Assembly: GCA_040954595.2 (NCBI GenBank)
Contig: CM082596.2
Coordinates: 1,641,854-1,705,853, forward strand
Reading direction: 5' to 3'
Source: Balanoglossus misakiensis
Taxonomy: Eukaryota; Animalia; Hemichordata
DNA length: 64,000 nt
The notes under the pieces were generated by a model. That model had not been told where the DNA came from. It saw only the letters and a list, made by a program, of their open reading frames with translations, and did not search any database. Made by a program: the position numbers and the translations under genes. Below are positions 51,613 to 63,600 of this stretch, one piece after another (the stretch's first letter is position 1; every line of letters begins with the position of its first letter).

Positions 51613-54600
51613 ATGCCACCAAAAAGAGAGGCGATCGCCTTACAGAAGGAGGTGCTCAATCAGGAACAATGGGATGAGATCATGGCTACAGAAGGCATTA
51701 CTGGTATGTTCACAGATCTATCAAAATTTTGAAATAATCTTGCAAAGTACCTTCAAGTCACTCTTCAAACAGGGGCATGAATCATGTAACTTATGGGAAT
51801 TGGCTTATGTCACATTCTAAAAAAGTAACATATGTATGTCAATTTCTTAAGTCACAGATACAAGGAATATGATCAAGTGTGTCTGATGATACAGTGCTTA
51901 CAATAGTGGATCATAACCTTGCACGGCACTGATTGACTATTAGGTTGAGCGTTAGACTCATTTCTGCAAAGCCACATTAAATTGCAAAAGGATAACAGTT
52001 CTCGTTGCAAGACATTCACATCATGGGTTCTTTTCCAGTGGTTGATGTCTACCAGAAGTGGTGTGGCCCATGCAAAGCAGTGACAAGTCTTTTCAAGAGA
52101 TTAAAGAATGAAATTGGTGATGACTTGCTTCATTTTGCTGTGGTGAGTATCAGCTGTCTCCTTTGCTTTAATCTTACAACTTCTACAGCTCCTCTTGGAG
52201 CAAAACATCATCCATAAATTCATCAATTTTGACATATCAACAAGATAACTCAACTTACTGAACCGATTTTCCTGTCTGTGACTTTTTCTCACCAGGCTGA
52301 GGCAGATGGTATTGAATCCTTGGAGAAATACCGCGGCCGCTGTGAGCCCTGTTTCCTATTCTTTGGTGGTGGACAGTTGGTGTTTGTCATCCGTGGTACC
52401 CAGGGACCTTCATTGGCTCTGGCAGTTGCTGATCAGTTGACGGCTGAACACAAGGTTTTGGAGGAAGGCGCAGAGAGAAAAGTGGTCAGTTCAAAGTACA
52501 ACTGTTATAAGAAAATAAATACAATATACCCTTTTCATAAATCTATCACCCTCATGCAGCTATCATGAATTTGAACTCGAAGCGAGGCCAATGGGGAAAC
52601 AACCTTGATGTGATTGGTCAACTCTCCCCATTGACCTCACTTTGAGTTCAAATCCATGATGTCCACGTGAGAGCAACTGGACTTATGAAAAGGGTGTACA
52701 CAATGGAATATGGAGCTCGATATTAAACACCAGTTCCTGGTGATAAGTGTAGATTATATGATTGACAGGTGAGAGATCCGTTGCTGGCAGCAAAAGAGGA
52801 AGAAGAGAAGGCAGCAGAGATTGCAGCCGAGGAAGAGAAACGGAGACAAGAAGAGGAAGCTCTCAGTAAGTACAAACTTCTGAGAACCAGAACAGAAAAT
52901 CAGTCAATTGGTGCAAATTATACCAGTAGCCCTGTTGAACGCTTTTTTAAATCGATAACAATTTTGAAGTATGTTACTCTTCATTTTGTTTGTATTTTTC
53001 TCCCCAGTATTAAAAATAGTTTGCATGCTGGTAATTTTGCATGTTGGGAATTGGATCAGTTCAAATGGCCATACAGTGTAATGTAAAGGTTTAATAGTTA
53101 ATACCAGTGTACTGTAAAATCGTTAACTTTTTCACTGGGTCTTAATTTTGCTGTTTGCTGGTTGTTGAACCTGCTAAATGACAATAGACATTGTTTCTCA
53201 GTGATGCAGTTAAAACCAAGCGAACATGTCTAAGACATAAAATTACAAAAATGTAGTAAAATTAAACCCCAGTGAAAATAATTTTTGCAGTAATTGGTGT
53301 AATAAGATACATCATGGATGCACTCATTGGGGTAAATGAAATAGTTTTAAATGTTAAATAGGTTTTCATACGTAGTTTAGTGCTTCACATTGAACACCGA
53401 CGACAATTTAAAAAGTCATTATAAGCTAGATATAGCCTTTTACAAATTATCAGTATTAAGTTCCATTCCCGTCATCCCGTTTGTTATATTTAGTTTGTTT
53501 AATATTTTGAATATTTCTAAGGTGAATGTGGTCTAGATCGGTGATATGGTGGGTGGTTTTGTTTACCAAAGTTGCAGTGTAAATGATGTACAAGTGTTTT
53601 TATCCACCTAGGCAGTGAGTTAGGTGAATTCAGTAGTGATGTCGCACTCAAAGGCATAGCTAAAGGAGACGTAGATGATGCGTATGATAGGATCCGTGGC
53701 ACTCATAGTTGGATGAAAAGCACAGGTGTAGTATACAGCCGAGTTGGAGAGATATCATATTCCCTGATTTGCTGGCCTCACACTGACCAGCTCAGCGTTT
53801 AATAGCACAACATTAGTGCAAGTTTAGCCTACTTCTTTCCCTGTACTACAGTAGCAATCTTCTTTTTCCCCTAAAAATTCCTGAGATGTTTCATGATCTA
53901 GAGAGAGTAGCCATTTTTATTTGTAAGGACTCTTAGATTGGTAATTAAAATGTCGTTTATTTGCAGGGTTGTTTTTTTCTCATATTGATGATTTGTTTTT
54001 GTTAAACTTTACGGGAGATTGATGATAGAGATCTGAATACACAGATTGTATCGACTATTGGATGTTCACTCTATGTCAAGGAATCATAGCCAAATGGCAA
54101 TGTCGCTAAGGTTTAGATGAATATGTCTGTAGTTTGGATCCATACGTGTACTTCATGTACATGCAAACTATGTATGACAGCTTTCAATCAACTGCAAAGC
54201 ACAGTGCATGTACACTACAGTACTGTAAAACATTTATTACACTTTGATAGGATTGGTTATTCATGTATTGAATTAAGGTTTGATGCATCTTGGGAAAGCT
54301 AAGAGAAAACATAAATGTTTGAAATCTTTTATTTTTTATTGTGCTGCAAAGCTTGTGTGGAATGATGTTAAAACTATAATAAAGAAAGGGTGATGTTTGT
54401 TTGCTTGCTTCCAAGGAAATAAGTATTAAGTGAAAGTTTAATATTTTAAATTCGAGATGGTCACTAGTACAGTAGTAGTGGCCATCTTGAATAAAAAATA
54501 CATGTATTGCAAAATATAAGAAAAATTCCTATTTTTCACACTGATCTTATTTGTGTACAACCGTCATCTCTCCACAGAACCCAAACCCAAACAAGTCACA

Positions 54601-57600
54601 GTGGCAGTTATCAAACCAGATGCAGTCAAAGCTGGGCAAGCAGAAGAAATCGTGGCAAAGGTGAGAGCTCAGTTGTTCCATGCTAGTTCCTAATAATTTG
54701 TAGTTGAAACACCAACAATGCTATTTACATACAATCAGTGAAGTTGAAAATTAATTGCTGTGTTGAAATTGTGGTTTTCAAACCACTTGTGGTTTTACTA
54801 TCAGCAACATGTGAAGTATAATAAGGGATGTTTTCTGAACATTGGCTTGTCTTGTTCCATTCTAGATGAAAGAAGCTGGTCTCGAAATCTTGGCACAAGA
54901 GGAAAGAATGCTCACAGAAGATGAAGCAAGAGAGTTGTATTCTATGCACAAAGATGAGGTGTGTATTTATATCCCTGCAGAATGTGGCAGGTAGTAGTCT
55001 GTTGACTGTAGAGATGAGTAGTCATCTCATAATGGTACCCACATGTCTGTTACAGGAACACTTTGAAGATTTGGTGCAGTTCATGGCCAGTGGTCCTGTC
55101 CATACGTTAGTCTTAACAAAGGGTGATACAGGAGAGGGCGTTATTCCTGAAGTCAGGACTCTGATTGGTCCAGCAGATGTGGCAAAGGCAAAGGAAGAGG
55201 CACCAGAAAGGTATATTGGGGTCAACAATTTCTTTTATTGACCTGACATTTCAAACTTTTGAAAACACTTCTCAGTAGGACTTGCTGTGTTATTTTTGGT
55301 ATCTTTTTCGAAATGTATGCTTGACTGTCACTCATTAATTTCATTTCCTTTCCCTCCCACCCACAGTTTGCGAGCTGTGTATGGTACAGACACAATAACA
55401 AATGCTGTCCATGCAGCAGATTCAGACGAGACAGCTGCAAGGTAAGATCCTCAGCATTTACTAGTCTTCTAGAATTTTGCTTTGACACTGTAGATATCTT
55501 GTTATATTCAGATGTGTATAGCACCACATGTTCAATGATTATTTTAGTCTTTGAGGAGAATCCATGGATGATGTAAAAATGTTGATGTCTTGCATTTTGC
55601 AGAGAATTAGGTTTCTTCTTCCCCAACTACTCAGTGCCAGTGGTACCAGGCACAGGACCTCCACCCAAAATGGAAAGAACACTTGCCATTATCAGACCAG
55701 ATGCACTCCGAGAACACAAAGGTGAGGCAACTCTCAGAATTAGCATTTCATTTTTATTTTGGGATGGTGATTGTCACGAGGTAGAGACGGCAACTCTTAT
55801 GAACTTGAATTTAAAGTTATGGACCCTATTGCACAATTTTCAAGGGGTTTCTCAGTCTCTGCAGAAGTGGTCCACACAGCACAGGACTAGTAATTTGAAA
55901 TGGTCAGTTTTCTCATTTTATATAAAATACTGATGGTTTAAAGAAAACACTACTTGCATGATTTCAGATTCCATAATTGACAAGGTACAGGAAGCCGGTT
56001 TTGAAATCGCACTACAGAAAGAGATCGCACTAACAGAAGACCAAGCGAAGGAATTCTACAAAGAACATGAGGGACAGGAATACTTTGATGCATTAGTAAC
56101 AAATATGACCAGGTAATATTCTCAACACTTTCTTATGATACAGTCAGCAGACAAAATTAGGGTTTGATGATAAAGACAGAATATACATGACGACTCTCAT
56201 GAGAATATTAGTATTAATTCCTGTCTGTTGACATCTCTCTGCACAGCGGTCCAGTGTTAGTACTAGGTCTAGCCAGGGAAGATGCAATCCAGACGTGGAG
56301 GGACATGCTGGGACCAAAACTCCCGGAAGAAGCCAAACAGAGTGCGCCAGAAAGGTAACCCAGAGCCAAAAATATGTGTGATGGCCACTTAAAGCCAAGA
56401 AGTCATCTGAAAAGTAGAAATCTACTCCTTGAAACACTAGTTGTACCTTGTCATCATAGATGTGGTAGTCATAGTTTAGTAGTAGTAGTACCTGGTCTTA
56501 ATACATTTAGTTCATGTAGTCTAAACTGATTTTCACTATGGTACATAATGTACAGTAGATAGATCTAGAGAATCAACTATATGCTGTTCAACTCAACAAG
56601 TTTCTTACAAACAATTCTATGTCTTGCACACTATATGCGATGATATATGCCTTTCGGATGAGGGCAGTGTTTTTGACTACTATTTTTTTCCACAGTTTAA
56701 GAGCTCAATTCAGTGTGGAAGGATTACCTGTTAACACGTTACACGGCAGTGACTCAGCAGATCGAGCAGACAAAGAACTTAATTATTTCTTCCCAATGCA
56801 ACAGACATTAGCTGTCATAAAACCTGAAGCTGTTGGTGAACACAAAGGTAGTCCCATTTCATGTGTGTGTGCGAGGAATCACAGAAATCAAGCCAAGAGG
56901 GTCATGTCTAGGAAATGGGACGGTGAACAGGGATACAGAAATACATACATATTCTAAAAGAAAGATTTGATGAAACTGTTTTCATCACCCGTTTCCTATT
57001 TTACCCCACTTGGCTTGGTTTCTCCGACGTGTGGTCCTGTATATGAACCGTCTTTTTTTGTCGATCTGTGTTTTTCTCCGTAGTTTGCGTGCCCAATTTA
57101 CGTTAGGTGACATCAATGCACTCCACGGCAGTGACTCAGCCAAAGCTGCAGACAAGGAACTGCAATACTTTTTCCCATTGCAGCAAACGTTAGCTGTTAT
57201 CAAACCCGATGCAGCTGAGGAGCAGAAAGGTAGACTCCCGAATCTGGGTTCATTCACAATTTTCTCTGGCTTCATCACTTGGCGAGTTATGCTTTTCTGC
57301 AACGTAGCACTGTACCCCTCCTTTAAGTTGCTGTCACACCCCTTTTGATACTTTAGAATAGCCCTCAATTGCATCAAGTGTCTGTAGTAGAATACCCAGT
57401 CCATGTCATGGATTTGGTAGAATTTTTCCATAATGACCAAATTAGATTTGCCAACTTCTTCCTTACAGATGCACCATCCATATACCGTAGTAAAGGTGTG
57501 TTTCCTATCTTAAAAATGCACGGTATTTGCTATCCAACAGACATTGATAATTGATTTGTGAACATATTCTTTGTAGTGTTAAAAATGGCATAAATCAATC

Positions 57601-60600
57601 TCATACAGTTTACACATTGCCTACACCTCAAGAACTCCTGATACGGCTAGCTTGGGCTAGCACAGTGCCAACAGTTGACCAGGGCAGTGCTATCACGTCA
57701 CAGTGTTGATAGAAATGGGATGGCACTGTGCTGCTCTGTTGCTAGCTCTGTGTTGGCATTTTGTGCCTGGGTACTGGCACCCAGTACACTCTGGGCCAAT
57801 ACTTGCCAAGCACAGAGGTAGCACTGGGCTGGCCACGTGGAAAGGACCTCTTGAGCTGTACTGTATGTGAAGGAAAACTCTTAAAATCTGATCAGCATGA
57901 AAATTTCTTTCGCGCATAGACCAAAGTAAAAAGCATACATTCTGGATTATATTGCATAAAAATTCCCCCCAAATCCTCTTGCCCCCCCCCCCCCCTTTCT
58001 TTGGAATGAATTACTGCTAGTTTTGCTAAAGCATGGTTCTGGAGGTGAAGCCAGGGAAAATTGATGTCTCAACACGCACAGCATGACTGGCAATGGCTTC
58101 AAGTCCACTCCAAATAGACATCCTTAAATTGCTAAGACTTTGCCGCTTGAAATAAACTGTGTGGCATTTTTGTGCAACATAAAAACAAGCTGTGTGAAAT
58201 TTGTGCTGTTCAGAGTCAAACTGATAACATGCATGGTTTGGACTCAGAATGCATTTAAGTGTGTGAGCTGCCAATGCTCTTAATAATGCTTCATCAGGAG
58301 TAGAAATGTGTAATGTGTTCATTGTCATTTAAGATCATTGTAGTTCAGAGTTTCATGTTAAAGTAACTACAATTTAGAGTTAGAATGGCAATAGGCATGT
58401 TTAAAAATTCAACACTGGTTACAAAACTATACACTGGTTATAAAACTCTTGATTTCAAAATTATTTACTGTACTGGGTTTAACTTTATGGTAGTAATATG
58501 TTTAGAGCAAATTAAATAAAAGGAAAATTGTCATATCATGCATTACAAATTATACATTTTCATTTTGACTGCCTCACATCACATAAAGATCATGATGCAG
58601 GGACAAAAGGGGAAATTAAAACCATAGTCTTTCAGAAAATCTTTTTTTAATGGTCATCAGATAAAGTTAATTCAAAAAAATTATTGTAGGCGTAGTTAGT
58701 TTTCACAATCTTGCCTGTCATTCTGTGCCCGTTTGCTATGGACCCAGACCCATAAACCAACATCAGTGATAATGAATTATGTAAAATTATTAAAATTCCT
58801 CATTGTTTAGTGATATGTTAGCATTACTGCAGTAACAGTAGATAGTTTTCAGTCATAGTTTACAGAATTTTAATACTCCAAGCTTTATTTCCAACTTCTC
58901 TGTCATGTTGTGGCAACCTCTGGGTAAAATTCAAAATTACATAACTGTACTCAATCCAGACTACAGTGATTATAAATGAATTTGAATTTTTCCCAAAGGA
59001 TGCCCGCACGACCAATATGATTTTCCGTCAGCATCTAACTGCATGGCTACAAAGACATACCTCCCCTGTTCTGTGGTAAAATGGAATGTTCCAGCCTAGC
59101 ATAATTCATTCATGGAGCATTCAATTTTACCAAAACACAATGGCTTAAAATATTTATTTTTTCTGATCTCTTTCTAGCCCTTTGCATGATGCAAAACCCT
59201 GTCTATTTAGCGTACTCCGGCCCTGAGTATATAAAGTTCCTTTAGCTGCATGATTCTTATACTTCTCTCTTGCCTAGTGTGTGTGTTGACCTATAATAAG
59301 TGGGCACATGAGATATAGTTTTCAAACTCACTCACTTTGATGTACATTTTTAGATTCATTATATCTTTGTTTATCAACATTTTCACAGAGATAGTGTTGT
59401 ATCCATTGTTAATGTACTTTGTTCTTGCCATTCAATGTTTCATATGGTAGTACTTTTAATGTAGATATGTACAACACATCACAGAGACCAAAAACACTGC
59501 ACAAGACACTCAATAAGACACTCCATAGCACACACACACTCACATACACACACACACACACACACAGACCCAGGATACATACAGAATTTGACAACCACAA
59601 GACGACGACTTAAAACTAGGACTGGTAATTCTGCAAGGACGTATGTGTTTGTTAAATCTTACTGTGTGGTAACTAGTGCTGCACATATAAAAACTTCCAA
59701 GTCAATTAGATCATGAATTATGTTCTATAATGTGTGATGTTAATTATGTTGTTAGTTGTCATCAGTATTTCACACTTTGTGTAGACAGTAACCACACATA
59801 ACACAGACAGCTACTGTGATTATTGGCACATGCTGATTTTCTTGCATTGATCTCATTTCTGCAATCGTTACAATTTTGTGCAAGACTGGTTTTCTTCTTT
59901 GGTAGAGACACAAGCAGCCAAGAAGTTTGACCATAATTGGTGATGTTTTCATCTGTCTTAGTCAGCCAATAATCAGTGCAAGTTTGTGATTATGTTGGTT
60001 TCCAAATTAATCGTCAATGCTGACAGACGTTATTTCACTTTTTCCCCAAAACAGAGGCCATCCTTGAGAGGATAAAAGAAGCTGGCTTCAACATCGCTGT
60101 CTCCAAGGAAACGCAAATGACGAAAGAACTAGCAGAACAACTTTACAAAGATCATGAAGGCAAAGACTTCTATGAAAGCCTTGTTGAGCACATGTCAAGG
60201 TATTATGATATAATTATGCAAGAGTGGTACTGTCATGAAATTCAGACAATGTGATTCACCCCTTTCCAAAATAATATGTGTCATGTTGATATGGCCCAAC
60301 TATTGTGGATTGATGGATCATTCCATTCATGGGTATGGAAGGCCTGTGTTTGATGTGCACCACGCTTATGTTTGCATTCCTCAGTGGGCCATCAATGGTC
60401 ATGGTGTTATCAAGAGAAGATGCTGTCCAGGGCTTCAGGGAGATCATGGGACCGACAGATCCAGACGTGGCCAAGGAACAGGCGCCGGAATCACTCCGAG
60501 CGCTGCTGGGAAAGGATATCCTACAGAACGCCATTCATGCCAGTTCGACTCCGGATGCTGCCTCTACTAAAATCAAGGAATTCTTCCCGGATGTGGAGTT

Positions 60601-63600
60601 CAATCCGGATGGTACACTGAGAGGTGAGTGAAGTACTTTTATCAACAGAATTCAGAAAATCTTAACTTTCATAAAAAGTGACTAAAATACTGTCCGAAGA
60701 CTGTATCTCACAACACTCACAATATATGGCACAGATTAATTTGTTATTTTCATGGGATTCCTAGACAGGTTGTCTCAGTCCACATGAACTGCCTATCAGT
60801 TTGTTTACTGCTGTGTTAACTCCAGATGCACGGTTTTGTTTGTTTGTTTGTCACTTACTAACTCTAGGAGAGGAAGGAGAAGAGGATGAGGAAGGAAAAG
60901 ATGAAGAAGATGAAGAAGAAGAAGAAGGTTAATATCACTTTTCTCTCTCAGTTTCTGTCATCAACATTAGGATAGAATCTAGTGTTTTGTGTTTCGTGCT
61001 AATGTCTTGTCTGGACTATTTGTTGTCTGGAAGAGAATTCTGCAAAAGTGTTGAACTGTGCATGAAGTGTGTAGGCAGAGTGTTTTTATGTTAAGGTTAT
61101 GTACCATAGGTTGACTCCTGTCTGTGAAAACAGCAACTGGCAACATTGTCTTTCAATCTTAATAGCCATGTGTGCATAAAGACAGACACCTTGTTGTTGA
61201 AATGGGAAGCGTTTTTAGAAACAATCTAGTTCTGTCACTTGCCAAAACTTTCCACTGTGTGATGTGTGCCACTGTTGTACAATTGTGTCTCTTGATGCCT
61301 GACTCACTTCAGAAGAAGAGCGAGAGGAACCTGGAGAGGCGACCGCCGAGGCAGAAGGCGGAGAGGCAGAAGAAAAAGCTGAGGTCGAGGAAGGAGGAGA
61401 AGAAGGTTGAAATCCAATTCTGATCCGTCGTCGTCATTTCTTGCATGTTGCCTGCCATTGGTGGAGGATTTGCTCTCATTAACATGTCATCCATATATGG
61501 TCAAGTTGTCATGATGACAACCAAATATGGCAACACAAATAGAATTGGCCCTCATAAGCATAAACATTCCCATATTTGGTCAAGAAGCCATTAAATTACC
61601 AAATATGGCACACAACTGATCCAATCAGTGAAAGTATACTCACCACTCATGACTCTTGACCAATTATCAATGGCATTTCTTTTTTATTTCAGGCTTTTTT
61701 TGTTTCCAAGCATGGACTTTGAACTGCAATTCTTTTCTGTTCTATAATGCTCAATATGTATATCTCCCATTGCATGCTGCATGTTTATGATTTCAACCAT
61801 GTTAAACATAATTTTGTTCATGTATCATTTGGTATTCATGTAATGGTTAATGTGTGTGTAACTTGTATGATATGCGACCTTCCTTCTTTCATGTGTTTGT
61901 ATTGATTCTCTCTCTAGCTGGTCGTGGTAATTCCATTAATGCTTTTGTAAAAGTCTCTGATAATGCAAAGCTTGAATTCACCATCAGTGTAAATACAAAA
62001 TTAAGATTCAGTTTCTTGTTGTTTGAAGTTGGAAGCTCTATTATGATGTAGTTCCAGTTAGGAAGGTGTTTTTAAGATATGGAGCAAGGAAGAATTTGAC
62101 ATGAAAAATGCTAGGAAATTATCAAAAACTACTCATTAATTTTCTTCCCTGGGTAACTACACTTATGTGAGAAGAGTATCAGAAATTGATTGTGAATATT
62201 TATCTTGCACACCTGTTCAGCCAAAGAAGAAGAGAAACAAGAGGAAGGTGGAGAAACGGCAGCAGCAGAAGCAGAACAGCCTGCAGCAGAAGGTGGTGAA
62301 GCAACAGACGCAGCAGCTGCAGAGGGCGAGGAAAAACCGGCAGATGAGGAAAAAGCTGAAGGTAGGGATCTTTCTATTCCATGTGGGAACAGAGATGTTG
62401 GGGCAGGAAAAAGAAACAGTTGAACTAAGTTGCAGTACCGTTGATGGTTTATGCAAGTCTTGGACAGACGAATTGATTTGTCGGTCACTCCATTTCAGGT
62501 GAGGGAGAGCAGCCAGCAGCAGCAGCAGAAGGGGAGGAGAAGCCAGCTGAAGGTGAGATTGGAATCGATGAAACTCACTCGCATACAGACAATATGAAAC
62601 ATGAGGAAAGTGTACAGTACATAGTGATGCTGCTATTTCTGTCCGCCAAAACACTTTTCCTCTTGCGTCATGTTGTACATACAACATATGCATGGAATCC
62701 GCATGATACTGATACAGTAGAAATGATAGAATCAACACCATTGTGAGTGTTGGTGCAGGTCCAATGCCACACGCACTCTCAATGCATGGATGGTAGATAC
62801 CCCATAATGCAAACATGTGGTTGGTTATTCTTCCACATTGTAGCCCAGACCCAAGTAGATGACAATTGCATTCATCTCCTTCACCATTCTCATTCTGTCC
62901 TCTAGGGTTTATTGTCTATCAAAGTCAGTGATCAGGCCAGTAGGTGCTGCATGATGTATTGTTTCCAAGTCACATGTAGCATGCATGAGACATTCATTGT
63001 AGCTACCTTCATGTGTAAGACCTTCTGTATTGCATGTATAGACATCCTCATTTTACCCACACTTCCTATAGCTGTCCATTTCTGTGTACACTAGCATTCT
63101 TTACACACATATACATACATGCAGAATAATACCCTACACCACAGGCATGGAAGGGTATTATTTGAGATAACCACCCAGTACTACAAACTGGTCGATAACT
63201 CCAACAGACACCAGTGTTTGAAACAATTTTGCATACACAGTGCTCACACATATTTCATTGTTTGATATTAACTTATTTTCTTGTTATTTTCGTAGCATAT
63301 TATAGTACTTTCTCCTTTCAGTATAATTCTTCTCTTCTGAAGATTTGCTTTGTGATTTTGCTTCTTGAAACCCAACTGTCCCTGCCTTGGTGCTACTATT
63401 GATTTTTTACAGGACATGAATTCATCAGCGTTTTCAATCTTTTTTGCACTTCTATTTTCATTGTCTGTGTCCCTACAATATGATTTTTCACCCACTTTGT
63501 TCAAACTGTTTTACCTTCAAAGAGTATCAACAAACCTGAAATGTATGAAGTCCCATTGTTTCTCAAGTTCAGTCTGGTCCACTGGACTCTTAAATAGGGG

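Noticed and set aside
56696-57229. Exons A and B as consecutive parts of a fourth NDPK domain
   Set aside because: Joining them shifts the frame, and the 236-nt intron between them has no room for the missing domain exons.
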